A stretch of DNA of 10,980 nucleotides, taken from UHGV virus genome UHGV-1780293; one strand, given 5' to 3'. The stretch's first letter is position 1. The number at the start of each line of letters is the position of its first letter. Positions 1-7,749 of this stretch are shown here, piece by piece. Source of the DNA: a virus. Below the pieces are notes generated by a model. It saw only the letters and a program-made list of their open reading frames with translations, was not told where the DNA came from and did no database searches. The position numbers and the translations under genes are program-made.

Positions 1-353
1 ATCACTGCCGGTGTCGGCGGGATAGTCGAATCATCTGCCGGGGTGATAATCAGGCGCGTGGTGTTGTAATTGGCACCAATCACATCAAGGTCATTACCGG
101 CTGCACAGGCCAGCATCACCGCCCGTGCAGCCTCATTCACACGCTGACGCCAGATAAGCTCACGATAAGCATTTTCCTCCAGCAGTTTGACGAGAGGCTC
201 AGATTCCAGCGTCAGGGTACGGGCGACCGCCTCCTGCTGGTCTTCCGGGTAAAGGGAAATCAGTGTCGCCTTGCGTTCGGCAAGAATGGTTTCAAAGTCC
301 AGCTCCTCGACCACATCCGGTGCGGGTAGCTGGTTCAGGTCGATAATCGGCAT
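1..353 (-). CDS. J: Baseplate assembly protein J, 5' partial (N-terminal ~117 codons; gene continues off the left edge)
   Basis: Minus-strand ATG at 351..353 (plus-strand 'cat'), 4 nt after the W stop. My translation of the reverse complement reads MPIIDLNQLPAPDVVEELDFETILAERKATLISLYPEDQQ..., which I recognise as P2 gpJ. Not in the ORF track because there is no in-window stop. Confidence 0.85.
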   Translation of the reverse strand, partial: MPIIDLNQLPAPDVVEELDFETILAERKATLISLYPEDQQEAVARTLTLESEPLVKLLEENAYRELIWRQRVNEAARAVMLACAAGNDLDVIGANYNTTRLIITPADDSTIPPTPAV

Positions 354-357
354 GGTT

Positions 358-705
358 TCAACTCACAGGGATGGTTAACGAAAGTGGCTGGCCGGTGTCG
401 TTGTGCTGGCCGGTTAACGTGACCGTCATTCGCCCGTCAAAGCTGCGCGCCGTGGTGACGGATGACAGGGTGACGCGGGGTTCCCATTTCAGCACTGCCA
501 TGTAACAGGCGACCTTAATCTGCAACTCAAGCGCCGGGGTCTGCGGCTGGTCAATCATTGACGCCAGCAACGAGCCGTAATCTCGACGCATCACCCGTGA
601 GCCGACCGGCGTGCGCAGGATATCGCCGATACTCTGGCTGATATGCTCAAGGTCAGTGACAGTCAGGCCATCACTGCGATTCATTCCGAGATAACGCGCT
701 GTCAT
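358..705 (-). CDS. W: Baseplate wedge protein W (T4 gp25-like)
   Basis: 115-aa ORF from the track (MTARYLGMNRSDGLTVTDLEHISQSIGDILRTPVGSRV...). Length and position between V and J match P2 gpW. Confidence 0.88.
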   Translation of the reverse strand: MTARYLGMNRSDGLTVTDLEHISQSIGDILRTPVGSRVMRRDYGSLLASMIDQPQTPALELQIKVACYMAVLKWEPRVTLSSVTTARSFDGRMTVTLTGQHNDTGQPLSLTIPVS

Positions 706-1315
706 AGAGGTCCCCCTGTTGTGCCGCCACTGTCGCCGGGGTGTTTATGGGTATGCAGTACCTTACCGTTTGATGAGAGTTCACCACCGGTATGTGCAAT
801 GTCTGCACTTCCAGCGTGCCGGTAATCAGCCTGTTGGTGCAAACCACCTCCGGTGTGTCCAGGGTGACGCGGGTTGATGCTTTCACCATGACCACCGGCA
901 CCGTGGCAGTAACAGAATCAGAAGCCGTCACGCTGGCCGTTTTAATTCCGCTTACCGTGAGTGCACTGGTTTCGGGTTCATACTCAATCACCGCCCCGTC
1001 AGGGAAACGGATATGCAGGGCATCCGCCGACGCAGACGGCGCGGGGTTATCGCCGGAATAAATCCCCGGCAGAACGAACGCCGTGTCGAGTTCACCGCCC
1101 ACGGCCAGAATCAGCACCTGTTCCCCCACGGAAGGTGCCCACCATGTGCGCGAACGTCCGGCGCGATGGGTCAGCCACTGAAGCCAGTCGGTGCACATGC
1201 CGCCGGTCTGCACACGGCAGCGACCGGCGTTAAGGTCAGTTTCGACGATAATGCCGGTGCGAATCATGTTGCGCAGTGCGCGCGCGAGTTCCTGAATATT
1301 TGCGAGAGTGTTCAT
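671..1315 (-). CDS. V: Baseplate central spike / hub protein V
   Basis: 214-aa ORF (MNTLANIQELARALRNMIRTGIIVETDLNAGRCRVQTGG...) in the P2 S-V-W-J order. Its 3' end overlaps the W start by 35 nt. Confidence 0.88.
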   Translation of the reverse strand: MNTLANIQELARALRNMIRTGIIVETDLNAGRCRVQTGGMCTDWLQWLTHRAGRSRTWWAPSVGEQVLILAVGGELDTAFVLPGIYSGDNPAPSASADALHIRFPDGAVIEYEPETSALTVSGIKTASVTASDSVTATVPVVMVKASTRVTLDTPEVVCTNRLITGTLEVQTLHIPVVNSHQTVRYCIPINTPATVAAQQGDLYDSALSRNESQ

Positions 1316-1326
1316 AACGGGAAGGA

Positions 1327-1350
1327 TGCCGCCGGGTCATACCGGCGGCA
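1327..1350 (-). promoter_or_regulatory. GC-rich stem-loop in the S-V intergenic region (stem 1328..1335 / 1342..1349, 6-nt loop)
   Basis: Perfect inverted repeat GCCGCCGG-gtcata-CCGGCGGC read directly from the sequence. It lies 12 nt upstream of the V start codon on the minus strand and has no U-tract after it, so it is not a canonical intrinsic terminator. Confidence 0.4.
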
Positions 1351-1381
1351 ATGTGACGATGAGGTGTCAGGAATGGCACAA

Positions 1382-1834
1382 CTAACGGTCGAGGTGAGCC
1401 AGGATAATCTCTTCAATCATCTGCACATCCTCACTGGTAAAGCCGAGCAGAGGACGCGCCGGATAATCAATTTTCTTACCGTCTTTCCGGTTTTCTTCCG
1501 ACAGACCGAACTGATGCACGCTGGCGATTTTCGGTGACTTCCCGCCGTAAAACTCCATTGATGCCTGTTCCGGGCTGGCGCGGATATGCAAAAAACGACT
1601 GGTGATAAGTTTCGCAAACATTTTTCGCTTAACACGACCAGTCTTTTTTCTGGCGCTCTGCTGCTGGCGTGGCGCGTAGGGTGTGCCGTCCGGGGCTTTC
1701 TGAGCCATCACCCGACGCTGCTGACTCTGCCGCAGACGTTTCGCCAGTTCGGCGCTCAGTCGCCGACGCCCTGACGGTGACAGCGACTCAATCAGTCCGG
1801 TCAGCCGGTCTTCAAAACGCTTAAACTCATTCAT
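1382..1834 (-). CDS. S: Tail completion protein S
   Basis: 150-aa ORF (MNEFKRFEDRLTGLIESLSPSGRRRLSAELAKRL...). Its start overlaps the R stop by 8 nt (ATGAATGA), and the length matches P2 gpS. Confidence 0.88.
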   Translation of the reverse strand: MNEFKRFEDRLTGLIESLSPSGRRRLSAELAKRLRQSQQRRVMAQKAPDGTPYAPRQQQSARKKTGRVKRKMFAKLITSRFLHIRASPEQASMEFYGGKSPKIASVHQFGLSEENRKDGKKIDYPARPLLGFTSEDVQMIEEIILAHLDR

Positions 1835-2294
1835 CCCACTTGCTCACCAGTTCGCCATTGATATAAAGCTCCATCGGGCGGGTGACCGGCTCCGGCGGCG
1901 TGGGTTCCGGGATATTCTTCACATGCAGCGCACCGTCAACCTCACTGACCAGCGTGCGCTCGGTCAGCATCAGGCTGATACTGATATCAAAGCTGCTGTC
2001 ATTGTTGATGTCTGCATAAAACGTGAAGCCTTTTTTCTGGCCTTCGTCGGTGGTCATGATGTCGGGCTGATTTTCCCGCAGCCACGCCAGCACCGGCACG
2101 ATGAGCAGGTCAAAATCACCGGTAAAATCGGTCACAATGACATTGAGCGTGTAACGCTTTTCGAATGACAGCGACGTCGCCAGTGTGGAGGCAATACTCC
2201 CGTTATCCACGAATATCCGCAGCATATCGGGGTTAGTTTTCAGCACCGTGACGGCATCAGTCAGCGCCCTGCGCAGGCTGTCGGGTTTGAGCAT
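1827..2294 (-). CDS. R: Tail completion protein R
   Basis: 155-aa ORF (MLKPDSLRRALTDAVTVLKTNPDMLRIFVDNGS...). Length and position match P2 gpR. Confidence 0.88.
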   Translation of the reverse strand: MLKPDSLRRALTDAVTVLKTNPDMLRIFVDNGSIASTLATSLSFEKRYTLNVIVTDFTGDFDLLIVPVLAWLRENQPDIMTTDEGQKKGFTFYADINNDSSFDISISLMLTERTLVSEVDGALHVKNIPEPTPPEPVTRPMELYINGELVSKWDE

Positions 2295-2547
2295 CGTTTT
2301 CGTCCTGACAGTGTTTAATCATTTTTACCTGGCTGGCACAGCGTGCCAGCGCGTTCTCAAGCTGCCGGATATCGGCACTTAAATCGCCGTTCGTCTCCGG
2401 GTCACTGCCCGGCATCGGGCAAAGACTCACTTTCGGGCAGGCGTTGTGGACAATCACTGGCGTCGGTGCAGGCGGGGCGCTGGTGCAACCGGCGCACAGC
2501 ATCAGGCAGGTCAGCGCCATACCAGCGGCGGAAATCTTCGTTTTCAT
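2257..2547 (-). CDS. lysC: LysC, Rz1-like outer-membrane lipoprotein spanin, nested out of frame in the 3' end of lysB and extending into the 5' end of R
   Basis: Internal ATG of the 135-aa track ORF 2257..2664 gives a 96-aa product, MKTKISAAGMALTCLMLCAGCTSAPPAPTP..., with a signal peptide and lipobox (LCAG-C) followed by a Pro-rich segment. This embedded arrangement is the P2 lysB/lysC architecture. Confidence 0.7.
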   Translation of the reverse strand: MKTKISAAGMALTCLMLCAGCTSAPPAPTPVIVHNACPKVSLCPMPGSDPETNGDLSADIRQLENALARCASQVKMIKHCQDENDAQTRQPAQGAD

Positions 2548-2827
2548 TGAGTAATCTCGTGATGGTTTTCTCGCGCTGAGCTTCACGCTTCGCGGCGTTT
2601 TCCAGTTCCTGACGCAGTGCAACCTGCGCCAGCTCGTTTTTGTCTGCCCTGGTGATGGCAACATGAAACTGATTTTTCAGCATGGTGATGGTCGTCTGCT
2701 GTTCACTGGCGACGTTGTTCGCCCTGTCCAGCGAGGTGCGCAGGCTGGCATTTTTATGTTTCACCAGAAACAGACCGGACAGCGCCAGCGATAACAACAC
2801 GACCAGCACAGTCATCAGCTTTGACAT
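2402..2827 (-). CDS. lysB: LysB, Rz-like inner-membrane spanin
   Basis: 141-aa ORF with an N-terminal transmembrane segment (MSKLMTVLVVLLSLALSGLFLV) followed by a charged coiled-coil-like region. It overlaps the lysA stop by 13 nt. Confidence 0.85.
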   Translation of the reverse strand: MSKLMTVLVVLLSLALSGLFLVKHKNASLRTSLDRANNVASEQQTTITMLKNQFHVAITRADKNELAQVALRQELENAAKREAQREKTITRLLNENEDFRRWYGADLPDAVRRLHQRPACTDASDCPQRLPESESLPDAGQ

Positions 2828-3240
2828 GGTTCCCGCCCCTCAAAACGCTGACGGCAGGCCGTACGTATCAGCCGGAAGAACACCGACGCCACGAGATAAA
2901 TCAGCGCGGTAAAAATCCACCCGGCAGCGACCAGCGAGATAAACGTCGTCACCATCACCCCCAGAGCCGCCGCCCGTCTGCGCCACGGCACCGGCTGCAA
3001 AAACAGCGCCGTGACAATCTTCACGGCCAGCGATTCCGGCGGCAGCTCCCGCCCGTAGCGTTCCAGCACATACTCCGTGGCATACACGCCGACACCACCG
3101 GCAACCACACAGATAACCGTCGCCAGAATCGCCCAGGTGGCGACAAAATTGACGGCCACGCTCTGCGGGTAAATCAGGGACAGTGCCAGCATCAGCGCCA
3201 GCGACACGTTCAGCATCAGTGAAAGGGATAATTTCTTCAT
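2815..3240 (-). CDS. lysA: LysA, polytopic membrane protein (lysis timing)
   Basis: 141-aa strongly hydrophobic ORF (MKKLSLSLMLNVSLALMLALSLIYPQ...) immediately downstream of the endolysin gene, as in P2. Confidence 0.82.
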   Translation of the reverse strand: MKKLSLSLMLNVSLALMLALSLIYPQSVAVNFVATWAILATVICVVAGGVGVYATEYVLERYGRELPPESLAVKIVTALFLQPVPWRRRAAALGVMVTTFISLVAAGWIFTALIYLVASVFFRLIRTACRQRFEGREPCQS

Positions 3241-3254
3241 GGTGTTTACTCCGT

Positions 3255-3752
3255 TTAAGCCGGTACGCCGCCAGCGGTACGCCAGACGGTGACCAGTTTT
3301 TCCAGTGAATGCTCACGCTGACCGTAACCGGCACCCGGCAGGGACGCCCAGATATTGCGACAGCGTGAAATGGCGCGCTCAATGCGTCCCGCCCGGATGT
3401 CATCCAGTGCACCGCGTTCGCGGATCAACTGAATGGCGAGTCTGTCCTGTGACAACGGACTGAAATCCGGCAGGGCAAGCTGTTTGCGGTAATGCGGCCA
3501 GAACAGGTAAAGCTGCTGATAGCGACCGGAGGCCGTGGATTTTTCACCGCGACGGTTAAACACCTTCGCCGGTCGGCCATGCGCGAACGGGTGGTCACTG
3601 TAGTCGGTGAAAATTTCCGGCTTCCCGTCCAGTCCGGTGACTATCACGTCATAGCCCCGGTTTTTCGTCAGCGGATGATTCGCCGTCCCTTCGGACACGG
3701 CCAGCATGTCGAGAAAGGCGGCGATATTCTGATGCGTGTTAATTACCGGCAT
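3255..3752 (-). CDS. K: Endolysin (lysozyme-like murein hydrolase)
   Basis: 165-aa ORF (MPVINTHQNIAAFLDMLAVSEGTANHPLTKNRGYDVIVTG...), which I recognise as P2 gpK. Its start overlaps the holin stop (TAATG). Confidence 0.9.
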   Translation of the reverse strand: MPVINTHQNIAAFLDMLAVSEGTANHPLTKNRGYDVIVTGLDGKPEIFTDYSDHPFAHGRPAKVFNRRGEKSTASGRYQQLYLFWPHYRKQLALPDFSPLSQDRLAIQLIRERGALDDIRAGRIERAISRCRNIWASLPGAGYGQREHSLEKLVTVWRTAGGVPA

Positions 3753-4033
3753 TACGGTTTCCCCCTGCCCTTAAAACGGCGCTGAATGGCAATCTCAATC
3801 ACCTGATAACCGGCGATACCCAGCATGGAGCCGATACCGCACACCGCAGGCAGTGACAGGTCAGGAAACTGCACCAGAACAACACCGGCAACCATCGAGA
3901 CAAAACCACCGAGCAACATGCGCCCGATAAACAGACGCGGGGTGATGGGTTCACCACCGGCAAGCACCTTGCCGACAACAATCAGCACCCCAATCATGAA
4001 AAGCGACAGGACGCTTTTTTCTTCTGCTGTCAT
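3752..4033 (-). CDS. Y: Holin
   Basis: 93-aa ORF with multiple hydrophobic transmembrane segments and a charged C-terminus (..QRRFKGRGKP), directly upstream of the endolysin gene. Length matches P2 gpY. Confidence 0.88.
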   Translation of the reverse strand: MTAEEKSVLSLFMIGVLIVVGKVLAGGEPITPRLFIGRMLLGGFVSMVAGVVLVQFPDLSLPAVCGIGSMLGIAGYQVIEIAIQRRFKGRGKP

Positions 4034-4036
4034 GCG

Positions 4037-4240
4037 TTACTCCCACAGATTGACAGTTTCAGCCACGGGCGCGGTCTGAACGTCGGGCAGTTCGACGGCG
4101 GTGCCGTGTGGCAGCACCGCGCCCAGTTCAGCCAGTCCCGGATTTGCGGCGAGCACAGCCTCGACCACGCCCTCAGTGCGCCCGTAATACCGGACACAAA
4201 TGGCGTCGAGCGTGTCGCCCTGTAGCGCAAAAGCCTTCAT
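4037..4240 (-). CDS. X: Tail protein X (small LysM-like protein)
   Basis: Internal ATG at 4238..4240 of the track ORF 4037..4309 gives a 67-aa product, MKAFALQGDTLDAICVRYYGRTEGVVEAVLAANPGL.... That ATG overlaps the L stop (TGATG). The longer track start is rejected because it would overlap L by 70 nt. Confidence 0.82.
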   Translation of the reverse strand: MKAFALQGDTLDAICVRYYGRTEGVVEAVLAANPGLAELGAVLPHGTAVELPDVQTAPVAETVNLWE

Positions 4241-4749
4241 CAGATTTGACTCACGATGCAGCGCGGCTTGTCCTGGATGCGCGCCACTGCCCAGCGCATA
4301 TCCCGCCACAGCTCATCAATGGTGCTGTCAATGCTGTCGGCCTTCTTGTCGCCTTTCGCACTGGCATCCACGCCGCGATAACGCTCATAAAGCGACGCGG
4401 TCGCCATCGCACACACGGCGCGCTCGTAGTAAAAAACTTTGATGCTTTCACCGTCGATGTCGTCCGCCGGAACGTCCGCCAGACGCGTAAAACCGGCGGC
4501 AATTTTCTGTTCGCGGTACTCGTACAGCTCCGCATTCGTCTCCGCCATGCCTGACTTGATGGCCTCACGCAGACGGGCGGGGGCGACGGTCTGCTCAAGG
4601 CGCATACGTTCCCGGACGCGCTTCGGGTCGATATCGGGAAAAAAGAACGTGTTTTTAATCACCGGCTCGTCGCCTGCCGGTTGCGGGATGACCACCGTAC
4701 CCTCACCGGACACGGGAGCCTCCTTTCGCGGAATAATCAGCGTCATCAT
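4240..4749 (-). CDS. L: Head completion / stabilisation protein L
   Basis: Start taken at the internal ATG at 4747..4749 (MMTLIIPRKEAPVSGEGTVV...), preceded by AGGT 5-6 nt upstream. This gives 169 aa, the P2 gpL length; the track's 189-aa start has no ribosome-binding site. Confidence 0.82.
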   Translation of the reverse strand: MMTLIIPRKEAPVSGEGTVVIPQPAGDEPVIKNTFFFPDIDPKRVRERMRLEQTVAPARLREAIKSGMAETNAELYEYREQKIAAGFTRLADVPADDIDGESIKVFYYERAVCAMATASLYERYRGVDASAKGDKKADSIDSTIDELWRDMRWAVARIQDKPRCIVSQI

Positions 4750-4848
4750 GACTACCTCTGAAAAGTCGGGCGGTGGACGCCGGTGCAGTGTCAGGTGATT
4801 CACCCTCACTGACCGGCGTGCCGCCCTGGCGCGGGGCGCATTCGGTTG

Positions 4849-5586
4849 TTAACTGGCTTTCTTTTTCGGGCGCCCACGTTGTGCCGGTGTCACGCACCGG
4901 GTCTTACGCGGGGCGCGGGTGACCGCTTTTGGCTCCGGCTTCGGTTTCAGCTCCCGCTCCAGTCGTTCAATCTCTTTTTTGACGCCTGCCTGACAGTCGA
5001 GCTGTGTCGCACGTTGCAGATGCGCCAGCGCCCCTGCGGCATCACCAGCGTCACGCAGAAACAGACCGGTGATTTTGTGCAGCTTTGCGCGCACTTCATC
5101 AGGCATGTCAGCCGTGGCGGTCAGTTCAAGGGTGTCCGTCAGCAGGCGGGGATCCACAGACTCACCGGCAGCGTGAGCGCGCATGGCCGCAAGCGCCACC
5201 TCCTCGGTGAACATGTACGGCGGGGTGCGGCGGTGTTTACCCGGCATGGTCAGACCGTACTTCAGGGCATAACGGGCAATCTCCAGCGCACCGGCAATAT
5301 CGCCGGTATCCAGACGCCACAGCATGACCGTCATCAGAATGTCATCCTGTGCACCTTTGCCCTGCTCCAGCACGCCGTTCACCCACGGCAACCAGAACGG
5401 CAGCAGTTCGCGTTTTTTCGCGGCCTTCAGCTCTTTTGAATAAATCGCTTTCAGTGTGCGCTGGTCTGCGGCGAGCTTAACCAGCATCTGCTCATAGACA
5501 GTTGCATGTCGCAGCGGGGCGGCTTCCCGCTGCGCGGTCATCGCTGCCGAGACCCGCATCATGTGGCGCTGTGCGGGACTCGTCAT
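4849..5586 (-). CDS. M: Terminase small (endonuclease) subunit
   Basis: 245-aa ORF (MTSPAQRHMMRVSAAMTAQREAAPLRHATVYEQ...) with a basic C-terminal tail, located between N and L as in P2. Confidence 0.88.
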   Translation of the reverse strand: MTSPAQRHMMRVSAAMTAQREAAPLRHATVYEQMLVKLAADQRTLKAIYSKELKAAKKRELLPFWLPWVNGVLEQGKGAQDDILMTVMLWRLDTGDIAGALEIARYALKYGLTMPGKHRRTPPYMFTEEVALAAMRAHAAGESVDPRLLTDTLELTATADMPDEVRAKLHKITGLFLRDAGDAAGALAHLQRATQLDCQAGVKKEIERLERELKPKPEPKAVTRAPRKTRCVTPAQRGRPKKKAS

Positions 5587-5589
5587 CGG

Positions 5590-6663
5590 TTACGCTCCCG
5601 GCTCTGCGGTCGCCTTAGCCGGTGTGGAGAAGTCACCGACCTTGATTTTTTCCACCAGACAACCGGCGGCGTAGTCTTCCACCACGTAATCAATGTTCAT
5701 TGACTCGTAGTTCTCCACGCGGTCGAGTTTCGGGTTTTCCTCAATCACGCGGCGATGGCTGTCATCCATGTAGTAGATGGACAGGTTTTCCAGCTTCGTG
5801 ATGAGCATCGCATCCGCCGGGAAGTACGGGACGCGTACCGCCGGCAGGTTACCGATGCGTTTCTGGCTGATGATGACGTCAGCGGCCAGCATCTCGCTGT
5901 TGTCCTGCTCCTTGTTGACGATGGGGAAATACTTGTCCGCCAGTAGCTGACGCCCCACAATCACCACAAGGTCAGGGTCTTCCTGATACCACGGCTCAAT
6001 CAGGTTGTTGGTCGCATCCATCACCAGTGCATCAAGGCTGGCATAATCACCGCCCTTACCCACGCGGATGACCTCAGAGGTCGTGTGACCTTCCTCGTCA
6101 GTAACCTTGCTCATCACGCGCGCCGGGGCTTCATTGCGGTATTTCTGCAGCCAGCCGACCGCCACATCCTGCAGCATCTGGTTACTGCTGCGGTCAGAGG
6201 TTTCGGCACGCCTCACGCCGTTAAAACCGGCCATGATTAAATCAAGGGACTGGCGTTTGATAATGGCGTTACGGACACGGAGCTGGAAATCCTGATAACG
6301 CGCCCACAGGTCAAGCGTTTTGTAGCGGATATAAAAATCGAAGTTAATCTGGTCGCATTCGTACTTGTTTGACGCCAGCTTCGAGAAGTCCTTCGGCTGA
6401 CGCTCGGTGCCACCGGCGGTGTCGGTGGTGCTGGCGATGGAGCCGGTGACACCAATACCAATTTTTTCCCCTTTCATTTCGCTGACCGGCACAATGTTGA
6501 TGCGGGTCAGAAAGTCAGAGGACTCCTGCATGGTGTTCATCAGGGTCTGGGTGACCGACGGTTCAACGGTGAATTTTTTCGACACATCACCGGCGTCGAT
6601 GCCGTTCAGTTCGGCAACACGGGACAGGTAGGCATTAAATTTAAAGCGGGTTTCCTGGCGCAT
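5590..6663 (-). CDS. N: Major capsid protein
   Basis: 357-aa ORF (MRQETRFKFNAYLSRVAELNGIDAGDVSKKFTVEPSVTQTLMNTMQ...), which I recognise as P2 gpN. AGGA lies about 8 nt upstream of the ATG. Confidence 0.93.
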   Translation of the reverse strand: MRQETRFKFNAYLSRVAELNGIDAGDVSKKFTVEPSVTQTLMNTMQESSDFLTRINIVPVSEMKGEKIGIGVTGSIASTTDTAGGTERQPKDFSKLASNKYECDQINFDFYIRYKTLDLWARYQDFQLRVRNAIIKRQSLDLIMAGFNGVRRAETSDRSSNQMLQDVAVGWLQKYRNEAPARVMSKVTDEEGHTTSEVIRVGKGGDYASLDALVMDATNNLIEPWYQEDPDLVVIVGRQLLADKYFPIVNKEQDNSEMLAADVIISQKRIGNLPAVRVPYFPADAMLITKLENLSIYYMDDSHRRVIEENPKLDRVENYESMNIDYVVEDYAAGCLVEKIKVGDFSTPAKATAEPGA

Positions 6664-6721
6664 AGTTTTTCCTGAAATTAAGGGTTAATCGTGAAGGTTT
6701 TCCCGGACTGACTGACGCCGG

Positions 6722-7576
6722 TCAGCAGTTCGTCATCAGGGCGTCACCGCCACCACCGGTGGCCTTGCTGCGGCGCTGCTGGGTCAGACTTTCGGTGTGG
6801 TCGAGACTGTTTTTCAGGCGGCTGAATGCCTGGCTGGTTTCATCCGCCCTGTCAGTCACCTCCTGCTTAAGTGCGGAAAAGGCGGTTTCCATCTCAGCGA
6901 GTCGCTGCTCAGTGGCGCTCAGTTTTTCCTGCACATGTTCAGCAACAGCGGTCACCGCTTCATGCACGTCATTCAGACGGGCGTCATCGCTGGCCTGTTT
7001 GCGGCCAAAAATGGATTTCACCTTTTCGGTCAGGGCGGTGAACACGGTTTCAGGCAGGTCTTCAAATTCCAGCTCAACAGGCGTTGCCACTGAAATCAGG
7101 TTTTCAGGGCTTAATTTGAAGCGGTTCAGGGGGTTGTGTTTTGCCGTGCGGCAGAATTCCAGGTATTCCGTGCCGAGGCTTGCCGGGTCATCGGTGACGG
7201 CCAGACCCACCAGATAACATTTGCCGGTGTTGGCAAAGTTCGGCTGAATTTCCATTGAGGTGTAGACCTTCTGCGCGGCCTTGTTCATCGCGATAAGGTC
7301 ATCGGTCGGGGTGATTTTCGCAAACAGCGCCCATTTGCCTTTCAGCGCCGAATCATCGTCAATCTTTTCGGCCTTCAGTTCGACCACATCGCCATAACGC
7401 TTAAAAATACCGTCAGGCAGGATGCCGCGCAGATGTTCCAGGTTAATGCGGCAACCATAGACACGCGGGTCAAAGGTTTCGGCCATTTCCTGAATATCCT
7501 GCGCACTGATGACACGCCCGTCACAGGTGTCACCCTCAACGCCGATACGAAAGAATTTTGAGACTTTTTTTGCCAT
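6722..7576 (-). CDS. O: Capsid scaffolding protein
   Basis: Start taken at the internal ATG at 7574..7576 (MAKKVSKFFRIGVEGDTCDGRV...), with AGGA about 12 nt upstream. This gives 284 aa, the P2 gpO length; the track's 306-aa start lacks a ribosome-binding site. Confidence 0.88.
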   Translation of the reverse strand: MAKKVSKFFRIGVEGDTCDGRVISAQDIQEMAETFDPRVYGCRINLEHLRGILPDGIFKRYGDVVELKAEKIDDDSALKGKWALFAKITPTDDLIAMNKAAQKVYTSMEIQPNFANTGKCYLVGLAVTDDPASLGTEYLEFCRTAKHNPLNRFKLSPENLISVATPVELEFEDLPETVFTALTEKVKSIFGRKQASDDARLNDVHEAVTAVAEHVQEKLSATEQRLAEMETAFSALKQEVTDRADETSQAFSRLKNSLDHTESLTQQRRSKATGGGGDALMTNC

Positions 7577-7749
7577 TGTCAGGAGTCCTGAATAGTGATT
7601 AGAGGAGTCACATGTCGGCATCAGTTTCCCGACGATGCGCATCCTCCGCCATCAGTCCCGGATGGCTTATCACTGACACAACAGCACCTTAGCGAATCGC
7701 GGGACGCGACTCAGTAGCCTTGCCGTGTATTCATCACGGCGAGGTATTC
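7577..7749. promoter_or_regulatory. Divergent late-promoter region between O (leftward) and P (rightward)
   Basis: 173-nt intergenic region separating two divergently oriented late operons. In P2 this interval carries the Ogr-dependent late promoters PO and PP (established knowledge). No strong sigma-70 -35/-10 pair is visible, and I found no exact TGT-N12-ACA dyad, only a GTGA-N9-TCAC dyad at 7595..7611 and partial matches. Confidence 0.5.

Noticed and set aside
1013-1537. 174-aa plus-strand ORF antisense to V and the S-V junction
   Set aside because: It lies entirely opposite a well-supported structural gene in GC-rich DNA, where long antisense open frames arise by chance. The product is Arg/Ala/Gly-rich and low-complexity.
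2840-3412. 190-aa minus-strand ORF overlapping lysA and K in another frame
   Set aside because: Overlaps two recognised lysis genes out of frame and has low-complexity Gly/Ala/Arg-rich composition; judged a GC-driven artefact.
4846-5439. 197-aa plus-strand ORF antisense to the small terminase gene M
   Set aside because: Antisense shadow ORF of a recognised gene, with Arg-rich composition typical of GC-rich antisense frames and no ribosome-binding site.
7720-7749. Track's TTG-initiated 10-codon N-terminal extension of P
   Set aside because: The downstream ATG at 7750 has a GAGG Shine-Dalgarno at proper spacing and gives the 590-aa length expected for P2 gpP.
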